Part shown: piece after piece, positions 1 to 11,314 of the stretch
How the letters are laid out: every line of letters begins with the position of its first letter
How positions within the stretch are numbered: position 1 is the stretch's first letter
Assembly (NCBI GenBank): GCA_963816395.1
Contig: CAWFKQ010000009.1
Location: 32,001 to 96,000, forward strand
DNA: 64,000 nucleotides
Direction of reading: 5' to 3'
DNA from: an uncultured delta proteobacterium
GTDB lineage: Bacteria > Desulfobacterota > Desulfuromonadia > Desulfuromonadales > JACZKF01
Notes under the pieces: model-generated
The model's input: the letters and a program-made list of their open reading frames with translations, nothing else
The model's database searches: none
What the model was told of the DNA's origin: nothing
Program-made: the position numbers and the translations under genes

Positions 1-1409
1 ACCGGTATACCTAACTCCAGCGCAATCATGCACGCATGGTTCGGCCCGGCTCCGCCTGCGGTTACCAGAGGAAAATCGCGCGGGTCATAGCCGTTTTTAA
101 CCGCTACCTCACGCACAGCGGCGGCCATGGAGACGTTTATTACATCGTACATGCCGGCAGCAGCCTCATGGGTTTCCAGCCCTAGCGGTATCGCTACTTG
201 CTCCTTGATAGCCTGTTTTGCGGCCTCCAGATCCAGCGGCATCCGCCCTCCGGCAAAGAAGTCCGCGTTCAGGTATCCGAGCACGAGATCCGCGTCAGTA
301 CAGGTCGGGCGGATCCCACCCTTGCCATAGCACGCCGGGCCCGGGTCAGCCCCGGCGCTCTGTGGCCCCATGCGCAAGAGTCCCCCTTCATCAATCCAGC
401 CGATCGAGCCGCCGCCCGAGCCGATGGTTACAACATCGAGCATCGGCAGACTGATGCGAAGCCGATTGATCTCCCCTTCAGTTGTATTGAGGGGCTTGCC
501 GTCCTTAACCAGCGCAACATCAAAGCTCGTTCCGCCCATGTCGCAGGTAATGCAGTCTTGATAGCCCTGACCCTGGGAGAATGCCAACCCGGCCACAGGA
601 CCACCGGCGGGCCCCGACAACAGCGTCACGGCAGGCCTATTCATCGCTAACTCGGGTGCTATCACGCCGCCATTGGAGCCCATGATAAGTAAGACCCCCT
701 TGTAACCTAACCCATTGAGCTTGCGCATCAAGCTCGTCAGGTACCCTTCAAGCACGGGACCGATGTAGGCATTGAGCGCAGTGGTTGAGATTCTGTCGTA
801 AAACCTGATTGCCGGACTAATTTCACTTGATATGGAGAGAAAAGCTTCCGGCATGGCCTTTTTGACCAGGCGTGCCACCCGTTCTTCGTGATCTGCATTT
901 GCAAAAGAATTCATAAAGCAGATCGCCACCGCTTGGACTCCCTCCTCTTTGAAGGTTTCGAGCGCGGTGGCCACCGAATCTTCATCGAGAGGGGTGACTA
1001 CCTCGCCGAGGTAGTCAAGGCGCTCTTTTACGGGCAACCGAAGGTAGCGCGGCACCACCGGCTGGGCATTCTCGAAGCGATTGTTGTACTGCTCTTCTCG
1101 TATGCCTCTGCGCATCTCAAGCGCATCCCGCAAACCTTCCGTTGTCAGAAGTCCAGTGCGCGCGCCGTTGTAAGTGAGGGTGGCGTTGGTCGTAACGGTA
1201 GTGCCGTGAACAATTGTCTCAACTTGCTTGAGAAACTCTCCGGAGCTCAAATCCAAGTCACGTGCCATCTCTTCAATGCCTTGGATCGTGGCAATCGAGG
1301 GGTCCTTTGGTGTCGAGAGCACCTTATAGATTTGGCTGCTGCCATCCTGCCGGGTGAGCAGGAAGTCGGTGAATGTGCCGCCGACATCAATGCCGATTTT
1401 GTAGGACAT
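1..1409 (-). CDS. Hydantoinase A / oxoprolinase / acetophenone-carboxylase-like ATP-binding subunit (runs off window start)
   Basis: Minus strand from ATG at 1409 reads MSYKIGIDVGGTFTD...KVLSTPKDPS...HGTTVTTNA...LLSGPAGG...MGGTSFD...GAGGGSIGW...PQSAGADPGPACY...PTCTDADLVLGYL, the hydantoinase A signatures; not in ORF track because it is truncated. Confidence 0.9.
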   Translation of the reverse strand, partial: MSYKIGIDVGGTFTDFLLTRQDGSSQIYKVLSTPKDPSIATIQGIEEMARDLDLSSGEFLKQVETIVHGTTVTTNATLTYNGARTGLLTTEGLRDALEMRRGIREEQYNNRFENAQPVVPRYLRLPVKERLDYLGEVVTPLDEDSVATALETFKEEGVQAVAICFMNSFANADHEERVARLVKKAMPEAFLSISSEISPAIRFYDRISTTALNAYIGPVLEGYLTSLMRKLNGLGYKGVLLIMGSNGGVIAPELAMNRPAVTLLSGPAGGPVAGLAFSQGQGYQDCITCDMGGTSFDVALVKDGKPLNTTEGEINRLRISLPMLDVVTIGSGGGSIGWIDEGGLLRMGPQSAGADPGPACYGKGGIRPTCTDADLVLGYLNADFFAGGRMPLDLEAAKQAIKEQVAIPLGLETHEAAAGMYDVINVSMAAAVREVAVKNGYDPRDFPLVTAGGAGPNHACMIALELGIP

Positions 1410-1545
1410 GGTGGCCTCATAAATGGTGAACATTAAAAAGTTAACAGTGAATTTTAAGAAGCTTCCGGCAGTCTGCTTTGATCAAGCTGTGGCCCGAAAG
1501 CCAGTTGGCAATTTTATGACTGGCGCCAAGCCTCATGCCGTCGGG

Positions 1546-3174
1546 TCAAAATAGTCCTGGCTCGTCAAATTTTCCGAACACCTCCTTGAACACGTCCGAC
1601 ATTTCGCCTAAAGTTGCATATGCCTTGCAGCACTCCACCAACGGGAACATGGTGTTGCCGCCTTCACGTGCGACGCGCTCGAGGTTCCTTAGGCTATCAA
1701 CCACAGGCTGGCTGTTTCGGGTTTCACGAAGCTCCTTAAGGCCTTTGATCTTTTCCTCGGCCCACGCTTCGTTGTACTCGTGCAACTCCACCTCCTCCTC
1801 TTCCCCGGTGACATATTTGTTGACACCTACCTTCACCAGATCCCCTCTCTGCAAATCAGACTCGAATTCGAATGCCTGGTGAGCCAGTTTTCTCTGGATG
1901 AACCCGCTGCGGATGCATTCGACGATACCGCCGCGCTTTTCCACCTCTTCCATCTCTTCGCGGATCTTTTCGTCCATCTGCTTGGTAAGTGTCTCTATGA
2001 AGTAAGAGCCGGCCAGCGGGTCCACTGTGTCACGGAGCCCCACTTCCTCCATAAGCAGTTGGCAGGTGCGCAGGCTCAAAAGGGCCGAGTGTGGCGTGGG
2101 GATGGTAAACGCCTCATCGAAACTGCACAGAGCCGTGGTCTGCGCACCGGACAATGCCGCGGCCAACGCATAATAGGCGCCGCGCATGATGTTGTTTTCA
2201 GGCTCCGCCTTGGTAAGTCCGGAGCCGCCTCCGGCAAAGAGACCCCTCAGCCACAAGTTGCGCGGGTCCTTGACCCCGTACTTCTCCTTGAGGTTCCAGG
2301 CCCACACCTTGCGACCGGCGCGGAACTTGGCTACTTGTTCCCACATATTGCCGAAGATGTTCAGGTTGAAGCTGAAGCGGCCGACAAATTGATCTGGGTG
2401 ATATCCCCGTTTAACGACCTCATCGATGTAGGCGTTTGCGATCAGGAATGCGTAAGCCATTTCCTGGGCCGGGGTTGCCCCCGATTCGCGGATGTGGTAG
2501 CCGCAAATGCTGACTGGATTGGTGCGCGGCATCGCCTCGATGGAATACTCGATCGTGTCGCCAATCAGCTTGATGGCGGGCTCCAGCGAGTAGATCCATG
2601 CCCCACGGCCGATGACCTCTTTGAGGATGTCATTTTGCGGAGTGGCGGAGATCTTCGACTTGTCGAAGCCGAGCTTCTCAGCCGTTGCCTCGTACATGGC
2701 GAGCATGATCGAAGCCACGGCATTGATGGTCAGACCGGCCCCAACCTTATGCAGGTCGATCCCGTCGAAGGCGATTTCGAAGTCTTTAAGGCTGTCTACC
2801 GCCATACCTACTCGGCCAACCTCACCTTCGGCCATCTCGTGATCCGAGTCGTAGCCCATCTGTGTAGGCAGATCAAAAGCGACATTCAAGCCCGTCTGAC
2901 CGTGGCCGATCATTAACTTAAACCGCTCGTTTGTCTCTTTTGGAGTTCCAAATCCAGTGTACTGGCGGGTAGTCCAGGCGCGGGAGCGATAGCCTTCGGG
3001 AAAGATGTTGCGTGTAAACGGGTAGCTCCCTGGTTCGCCGAGGTCTTTAACGTAGTCGAAACCAACAGCTTCGAGATCCGCAGGACCGTATTGTGCCTTC
3101 ACGTGGATGCCAGAGGAGAGAATCACGTCCTGGACAGCATCCTTTTCATCTTTTATGTAGCGGGCAACGTCCAT
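1546..3174 (-). CDS. B12-dependent acyl-CoA mutase, large (substrate-binding) subunit, methylmalonyl-CoA mutase family
   Basis: PGSYPFTR, WTTRQYTGFGT, GQTGLNVAFDLPTQMGYDSD, QNDILKE, GYHIRESG, DPLAGSYFIE motifs; no B12 domain fused. Confidence 0.95.
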   Translation of the reverse strand: MDVARYIKDEKDAVQDVILSSGIHVKAQYGPADLEAVGFDYVKDLGEPGSYPFTRNIFPEGYRSRAWTTRQYTGFGTPKETNERFKLMIGHGQTGLNVAFDLPTQMGYDSDHEMAEGEVGRVGMAVDSLKDFEIAFDGIDLHKVGAGLTINAVASIMLAMYEATAEKLGFDKSKISATPQNDILKEVIGRGAWIYSLEPAIKLIGDTIEYSIEAMPRTNPVSICGYHIRESGATPAQEMAYAFLIANAYIDEVVKRGYHPDQFVGRFSFNLNIFGNMWEQVAKFRAGRKVWAWNLKEKYGVKDPRNLWLRGLFAGGGSGLTKAEPENNIMRGAYYALAAALSGAQTTALCSFDEAFTIPTPHSALLSLRTCQLLMEEVGLRDTVDPLAGSYFIETLTKQMDEKIREEMEEVEKRGGIVECIRSGFIQRKLAHQAFEFESDLQRGDLVKVGVNKYVTGEEEEVELHEYNEAWAEEKIKGLKELRETRNSQPVVDSLRNLERVAREGGNTMFPLVECCKAYATLGEMSDVFKEVFGKFDEPGLF

Positions 3175-3185
3175 AGCAGGCTCTC

Positions 3186-3575
3186 CTATACGTTTTCTTG
3201 AATGAATGCGATAGTCCGCTCCAGGGGCGTTCCACCCGGGAATATCCCGCGAATACCCATAGCTTCCAATTCAGCAAAGTCTCGTTTGGGGATAACGCCG
3301 CCGACGAACACCATTTTGTCGGTGACACCCTTTTCCTTGAGTTTCTCCTGCAACTTCCTGCAGATCTGGAGGTGCCCTCCGGTCATGATGGACAGTCCTA
3401 TGCCATCGACGTCTTCTTGAATGGCGGTGGACACGATGGCGTCGATGCTTTGATGGAGCCCGGTGTAAATGACTTCCATGCCGGCATTCTTAAGCGCAAG
3501 CGACACCACCTTAGCCCCTCGGTCATGGCCGTCCAACCCGGGCTTGGCGACAAGAACCCTTATTTTTCTCCCCAC
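3186..3575 (-). CDS. Cobalamin-binding small subunit of acyl-CoA mutase
   Basis: AKPGLDGHDRGAKVV (DxHxxG), GLS and VGGVIP motifs. Confidence 0.95.
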   Translation of the reverse strand: MGRKIRVLVAKPGLDGHDRGAKVVSLALKNAGMEVIYTGLHQSIDAIVSTAIQEDVDGIGLSIMTGGHLQICRKLQEKLKEKGVTDKMVFVGGVIPKRDFAELEAMGIRGIFPGGTPLERTIAFIQENV

Positions 3576-3624
3576 GAACTGCCTCCTCTGCTAGGGGCCA
3601 TAATGATTGATTTAACGTACCCGC

Positions 3625-3918
3625 CTACCCGTGACGATAGCGGACCCCGTATCCCCCCCTTGGCATTTGCCAGGTCAGAGCCCCATGGCGGCAAGTGACC
3701 ATGCACGTCCCGCACTCCAGACACCCAGCGAACTCCACCACCACGCGATCCGAGTCCTCGTTCCACTCGTAAAGCGATGCGGGACAAACACGGAGGCAAT
3801 AACGCTCGGTGCACTTCGTTCGGCACAGCTCATCATCGATTTGGATATGGCTTTTTTCGTCCTGCTTAAATGCGTTTTTCGCCAACTTCTCATCTATTCT
3901 CATTTCGTCCAACTCCAT
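3625..3918 (-). CDS. fixX: FixX-like ferredoxin
   Basis: CLRVCPASLY and GCLECGTC motifs, C-terminal PRGGYGVRYRHG; directly downstream of fixC. Confidence 0.9.
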   Translation of the reverse strand: MELDEMRIDEKLAKNAFKQDEKSHIQIDDELCRTKCTERYCLRVCPASLYEWNEDSDRVVVEFAGCLECGTCMVTCRHGALTWQMPRGGYGVRYRHG

Positions 3919-3951
3919 GGTCTTTAAATCGAATAAAACTATCCATAAAGC

Positions 3952-5238
3952 TCAGACTTTCCTCAGTTTCCAGAGAAACTTGGCATCATGCACATTGAAT
4001 GCTACGCGCCTGAGAAGTCGCCAAACTTTTGAGGAGATTTTTGTCGGCTGCTCGTTTTCAAGCTGAACCAGCTCCCGCATGAAGCCGCACAACTCAGCCG
4101 GGTAGCGGGTATACAGGTCTTGGTTCTCCAAAAGTTCAGGCATCTGGCGGAACGCCTCAAGGTAGGACCAGATGAAGCTGGAGCGAAGCTCCTGTTCGTA
4201 ACTCGACAGCCCCGCTGCCGACATGTCGCCCTTTTCGCGCGCAGCGATGAGCGCATCCGCCGCCATCTGCCCGCTGGCCAGGGCGAAATCCATTCCCCTC
4301 ACCGTGTAACCCATGTTGAGCGCGAGCCCCGCCGCCTCCCCGGCAAGCAGAATGCCGTTGCCAACCAACCTGGGAACGTCGCCCAGACCACCTTCGGGGA
4401 TTAAATGGGCTGAGTACTCCAACACTTCGCCGTCACGCACCATACGTCTGATGCGCGGGTGGGCTTTGAACGCATCGAAGATCTCCGGGAGCTTATCCGC
4501 ACCACCCTTGTCCATGAGCGCCCCCACGCCGATAACCATCCCAAGGGACAAGGAATCCTCATTGGTGTAGCAGAAACCGCCGCCCGTCATTCCGCGGGTG
4601 AGGCTGCCAAGGAAGAGCTCTGCCGCTCCCTCGCCGCGTTCCAGACCGAATCGGTCTTCGATAGTCCCGGCGGGCAAGCCGATGACTTCCTTGACGCCCA
4701 CGGCTACGCTCCTGGCCTGGGGGCACTCGCGCATGGCCGCCGCCTGGCCAACGAACGAGAACAGGCCATCGCACGCAATCACTGCCTCAGCCGGGATCTC
4801 TTCCTGATCCACTTTTACCCCGGCAACGCGGCCGTCCTCGTAGAGGAGCTCGGTAACCGGCTTCTCAGGTATGATGAAGACCCCCTTGCCCACCAGGCGC
4901 TCACCAAGCCAGCCGTCAAACTTGCTGCGGAGCACCGTATAACTTTTGGGTTCTTCCCCGCCCAAAGCTTCGTCGTGAAAATCGACATGCATGCTGCTTT
5001 GCCCATCGAGCACAGTCCAGGCCTCGTGGGTGACGGCGCGTTCCAAAGGGGCCTCACTCCACCACTCGGGGAAGCGCTCCCGAACACTACCCACGTAAAG
5101 GCGGCCACCGGTGATACATTTGCTCCCTGGGCCAGCGCCACGTTCCAACACCACAACCTGGAGACCTGCGTCCGCAAGTCTTTCCGCGGCAGCCAACCCG
5201 GCTAAGCCTGCGCCAACGATGACAGCGTCCATCTTCAA
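3952..5238 (-). CDS. fixC: FixC-like FAD-dependent ETF:quinone oxidoreductase
   Basis: DAVIVGAGLAG, GSKCITGGRLY, YTVLRSKFDGWL, EYSAHLIPEGG, GMDFALASG. Confidence 0.9.
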   Translation of the reverse strand: MKMDAVIVGAGLAGLAAAERLADAGLQVVVLERGAGPGSKCITGGRLYVGSVRERFPEWWSEAPLERAVTHEAWTVLDGQSSMHVDFHDEALGGEEPKSYTVLRSKFDGWLGERLVGKGVFIIPEKPVTELLYEDGRVAGVKVDQEEIPAEAVIACDGLFSFVGQAAAMRECPQARSVAVGVKEVIGLPAGTIEDRFGLERGEGAAELFLGSLTRGMTGGGFCYTNEDSLSLGMVIGVGALMDKGGADKLPEIFDAFKAHPRIRRMVRDGEVLEYSAHLIPEGGLGDVPRLVGNGILLAGEAAGLALNMGYTVRGMDFALASGQMAADALIAAREKGDMSAAGLSSYEQELRSSFIWSYLEAFRQMPELLENQDLYTRYPAELCGFMRELVQLENEQPTKISSKVWRLLRRVAFNVHDAKFLWKLRKV

Positions 5239-5624
5239 GATTTTTGCTCCTTATTAGTCGGGTGCGCAGCCATTCAAGCCACGACACCGCCTAGTATTCG
5301 AGATACTAGTCAATATCGAGAGCCGTGAAAATTGCACTTTGGTAGAACACCATGCAGATTTTGTCTTTGGCCCACTAACCGCTAGCCCCAACGCGCTGGC
5401 TGCGGCTTTCAGAATCACCGGCGCAAAACTTGAAACACGATCATGCGGCACGTGATATCGGGTTCACCCAATTCGCCCTGAGGTATCGAAATGAGAGGAC
5501 AATTTTTCGCGAGGTCTAGGAAATGAAGGCATTGCGCGGAGGCGTACATCAGTACGCCGCACACGCAATGCCGCAGATTGAAGCAGAGATTGCGGAAAAG
5601 GGCCGTTTCCGGACAGAAAACGAG

Positions 5625-6930
5625 TTAACTCAGGAGTGAGGGCAACCAGGTGGCCAACGCCGGGAATATGACCAGCAACACCACGCAGATTACGAACGCG
5701 GCGAGAAACCACGACACCCCCTTAAATACCGTGGATAAATGGACGTCTGGAGCCATTGCGGCGACCACGTAGGTATTGACCCCCACGGGAGGCGTAATGG
5801 CGCCCAGGGTGGTCACCACGGTGACAACCACGGCAAACCACAGCGGATCGTAGCCAAGGCGTTCCGCTACAGGGAAGAAGATGGGGATGGTGATCAAAAG
5901 CAGTCCCAACGCGTCCATCAACGCGCCGCCCACGATATAAATGGAGAGCACCAGCAACAGGATGACTAATCGGCGGGACAGGCAGCGAGGCCACCCATTC
6001 GGCAGCGACAAAGGGCAACCTGGTCACGGCGAGAAATCGGCCGAACACAACTGCCCCTGCCACGATGATCATGATCATGCAACTCATCTTTACCGAGTCA
6101 TGCAAGGCCTTGGTAAGCTTCTTCCAGGTCAGGTGCCGACCGAGTACCGAGATCACGATGGCGAAAAAGGCCCCTGCCGCTCCGGCATCAGTAGGAGTAA
6201 ACCATCCAAGGGACAAGCCGCTCATGATCAAAACAAAGAGGATAATCATTTCGATCGAGCCGGGCAGACTACCCAATTTCTCCGCCATCGATGTGCGTGG
6301 CCCTGCCGGACCAAGGGTGTCGTTGCTTTTGCACAACAGCCAGATTGTCAAAAGGAAGAGGCTCGTCAAGAGAAGCCCTGGTATGAGGGCAGCAAAAAAC
6401 AGCTTCGCGATGGACTCGCCGGTTGACAGGCCGATGATGATGAGTACCACGCTTGGCGGGATAACCACCCCCAACGTCGCTCCCGTAGCCACCGAGCCGG
6501 TTGCCAGAGCCGAATTGTAGTTGAACTTCTTCATCTCAGGTAGCGCAACTGCGCTCATGGTGGCGGCGGTCGCTGCGTTCGAACCGCAAATGGCAGCGAA
6601 TCCCGCACAGGCCAGAACCGTGGCCATCCCGATTCCGCCACGAATGTGCCCGATCCAGGTGTAAGTAGTCTTGTAGAGCCGACCGCTGACCCCTGCTTCA
6701 AAACAGATGTTGCCCATAAAGATGAAAAACGGAATGACGGTCAAGCCATAGGAGGAGAAGGTCCCCCAGAGCGATGAGGTCAAAGAACTCATCGCCGCCC
6801 GGCTGTTGGTTACCTCCATGAAACCTACAAAGCCCACCAATGCCATGGCGAAGCCCACCGGCATGCGCGTAAAAAACAAAACCGCCAGCAACACGCCTAT
6901 GCCGATGAGACCGATGGTAACTGCGTCCAT
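5625..6930 (-). CDS. dctM: TRAP transporter large permease DctM (one frameshift near 5990)
   Basis: FAAICGSNAATAA, GVVIPPSVVLI, FTPTDAGA, ITPPVGVN split over ORFs 5722-6930 and 5625-6011. Confidence 0.9.
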
Positions 6931-7415
6931 TACTTTGCCTCACTACCCAGGATTGCTTGGAAGAGGAGTGTCACCCCCATGCTCCCCAGCCCAAGTGCAA
7001 CAACATACACCACAGGGTAAAAAGCTACCCCCAAGGTCTCGGACATCTCACCGGAGGCGCTCAGCTTCATGCCGTATCTGACAATCTGCCAGGCCGCGAC
7101 ACAAAAAAAGCCGCCACCCACTACATCGCTCAACGTGCTGAGCATCCGTTTGATTTTCCCGGGAGAATGCATAAAGAGTATGTCCACTGCTATATGTATC
7201 CGGCTCTGTTGAGAGCCTCCTGCCGCCAGGGCCGCCATCAAGGCACCTCCCAGCCCCATAATCTCGTAGGTCCCCTGGATAGGCATCTTAAGTGGCCTCA
7301 GGATCATGTTCACCACTGCCAGCAACATCGTGGCTAGCAGTACCAGGGATGCCCCCCATAGAAAAACTCTGTTGAGCCCCGTAACGCCTCTTTTAAACAT
7401 CGACTCACCGTCCAT
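6930..7415 (-). CDS. dctQ: TRAP transporter small permease DctQ
   Basis: Four hydrophobic segments, GTYEI and HIAVDIL motifs; between dctP and dctM. Confidence 0.85.
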   Translation of the reverse strand: MDGESMFKRGVTGLNRVFLWGASLVLLATMLLAVVNMILRPLKMPIQGTYEIMGLGGALMAALAAGGSQQSRIHIAVDILFMHSPGKIKRMLSTLSDVVGGGFFCVAAWQIVRYGMKLSASGEMSETLGVAFYPVVYVVALGLGSMGVTLLFQAILGSEAK

Positions 7416-7470
7416 TAAGCTCCAGGGCCCTCGCGCAAGGCGGGGGCCCTGTGCCTATATTATTTGGTTG

Positions 7471-8495
7471 TTATTTGCCGAATTCTTGCTCGTACTTCTT
7501 CTTCAGCGCCAGCAAATCATTCAAGAATGCTTTGGCGGGCAATCCTTTTCCGGTGGTCTTCTCCAACCAATCGTCAACGATCGGGTTCATCATTTCATGC
7601 CACTTGGCATACTCTTCAGCGGACAGCTCTATGTACTTGTGGTTGTGGTTCTTCTCCGACCACTCCACGGACTCGCGCCCGTGGTCATCCACATACTTGC
7701 CCGTCCACATTGAGTGCTCCCTGGCGAGGTCATCCATGACCTTTTTCACATCGTCGGGCAGCTTGTTCCACGTGCCCCTATTCATCACGACACCAAAAGC
7801 TGTGGTCTGAAGATCGGAGCGGGTGGTGTAGAAAACCTGCTCGGCGAAGTTGAAGTCCATCAAGATATCGGTGGAAGAGAGGACGCCCTTCACTACACCC
7901 TTCTGGAGCGCCTCGACTGTGGCGGGCATGGGCATGGAAACCGGCACCGCGCCCAGAGCGTAAGCGGCTGGACCCCCGCCCCTGTAGCGCGCAGTTCATA
8001 ACCCTTCAGGTCCTTTAAGGTGCGGATCGGATCCTTGGACATGATGGATGCCGGAGGTGCAGTGAAAAGTGCCAGCACTTTCACCTCTTTGAGGGATTCA
8101 GGGTGGTACTTTTTGAAAAGATCCCAAAGGACGGCATTTGCCACTTTAGAGTTGGGGAACCCGACGGGCAGGTCGACACCTGCCAGCAACGGAAAACGGC
8201 CAGGCTGATAGGGAAAGGCTACGCAGCCGATGTCCGCAACGCCGTCAACTACCCCATCCATCATCGCCGTTGCCTTAAGCAGGGTGCCTCCGGGAAAGGT
8301 CTTTACAGCAACCTTTCCTCCGGTACGTTCGGAGACCTCCTTAATCCATCGATCCATCTGGACGCTGGGAAAGGTCTTGGGCGGCGGAAAGTTGGCATAG
8401 GTGAGGTTAACAGAAGAGTCCGCCCACGCCAAAGAGCCAAAAAGCTGTACAGTTACGAGGCCAAACAGAGCAAATAGAATTGTTAGCACCTTCAT
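7471..8495 (-). CDS. dctP: TRAP transporter solute-binding protein DctP (one frameshift near 7950)
   Basis: Signal peptide, FPGGTLL, DGVADIG, PIRTLKDLKG, ALQKGVVKG, MNRGTWNKLP. Confidence 0.9.
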
Positions 8496-9002
8496 TTCTT
8501 CGTCCCCTTTCGGCATACTTGCGTTTGAAGTTGGTCCGACAACCCCGATTGTGCCTGGCCTGAACCGGAAGGCAGTGCCATGGCTACGATCCCTTAAACC
8601 GACGTTCGGCCAATTTTGCTGAATTCTTGATTTTCCGACGTTTCTTTAGAAGCCCAAGACCTGCAAGAGTGGGTTTATACTCAAACGAGGCTACACGATA
8701 CTCAAATAAAACGCTATTTGATATTACACCTTAGTGGAATACCGCTGCGTATGGGCTTGGGTGCATGGGTCATTACCTCGGGCTGCGGCCGGTTAAGCTC
8801 ACCAATGGGGGCCTTTTTGGCCGGAAGAGGACATGAAGCGGCGGATCGGGAATGCTGAGGGCTCGGGCAGAAAGACGCTGGCCGGCTCCCTTGAGGCCAC
8901 TGGGCGCCGGCCGGGTGCGACTGGGTGCCGCTACGTGGCAGCTACATGAGGGAAAAGAAAAAAAGGGGTTAGCGGTGAAAACCGGTAACCCCCTGATTTT
9001 TT

Positions 9003-9079
<77 letters not shown>

Positions 9080-9123
9080 GTAATAAGGAACAGGAATTTA
9101 TCTCTCAGTTTAACCTGCATTTG

Positions 9124-9617
9124 TCAACTCTTTTTTTGCCGGGATGAAGTCGACCAGGGTAAAACTGTACCGGGGATGCTGGAAGCCGTGGGTTCCCGGA
9201 TAAAGGCTGAACAGCCAGCCCCTGAACAGCTCCTTGCCGTTTTCCCGGATGCACGATCTGCGCCGCCGGATTGCGGGTTTCGTTGGAAACGGAGGTCAGG
9301 ACGGTTCCGTCCATGATAAAAGCCGGCAGGAAATTCTGCACCTGCACCGCAGATTTCGGATCGGCAACGGTGAATGCCTGCCCGAGATCGACGGTATAAG
9401 ACTTCTCCTGATTCTGCTCTTTGTCAAGAACGGCGATCTTCACCGCCTGCCATTTTCCCCGGACCCCGTCGGGGACGACGATTTTCATCTCCCGGCGTGG
9501 CAACCGGCTTGTGCAGTCCGGGGCTTCGGCGGCCGATTCGTCCCTTTTTCGCAGGCGACGGAAAGCAGAAGAAGGATAAGGCAGTGCAAGAAATAACCGT
9601 GCAGGCATTTTCGTCAT
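9124..9617 (-). CDS. DUF2155-like exported protein (frameshifted)
   Basis: KIVVPDGVRGKWQAVKIAV...NPAAQI, then in another frame LFRGWLFSLYPGTHGFQHPRY, resembling the DUF2155 C-terminal motif. Confidence 0.6.
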
Positions 9618-9648
9618 CCTTGCGCCGGCACGCCCGGCACGGCAAAAA

Positions 9649-9744
<96 letters not shown>

Positions 9745-9808
9745 GTGCTACTTTGCATTCTCAATTGTCGTGTGATTCCTGCCGCCGCCGCCGACCGGGA
9801 GGTAATAC

Positions 9809-9893
9809 TGGCGGAGGAGGTAGGATTCGAACCCACGGTGCTTTCGACAACGGTTTTCAAGACCGCCGCCTTAAACCACTCGGCCACTCCTCC
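9809..9893 (-). tRNA. tRNA-Ser(TGA)
   Basis: GGAGGAGTGGCCGAGTGGTTTAAGGCGGCGGTCT-TGA-AAACCG...GGTTCGAATCC...CCA. Confidence 0.95.
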
Positions 9894-9900
9894 GCGGCAA

Positions 9901-11188
<1,288 letters not shown>

Positions 11189-11314
11189 GGGGCTGTCGTC
11201 CCGTCAGGAGGGATGTCGGGCAGGAACCCGCCGCCAGCTGGCTGCAAAGAGGTTCTTATTAACACTTATCGCGACCGGCGTCAAGCCTCCCGCCCGGCAA
11301 TCCCTCGCTGCAGT

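Noticed and set aside
8565..8581. TGGCAC on the minus strand upstream of dctP as a sigma54 promoter
   Set aside because: No TGC at the -12 position (TGGCACTGCCTTCCG).
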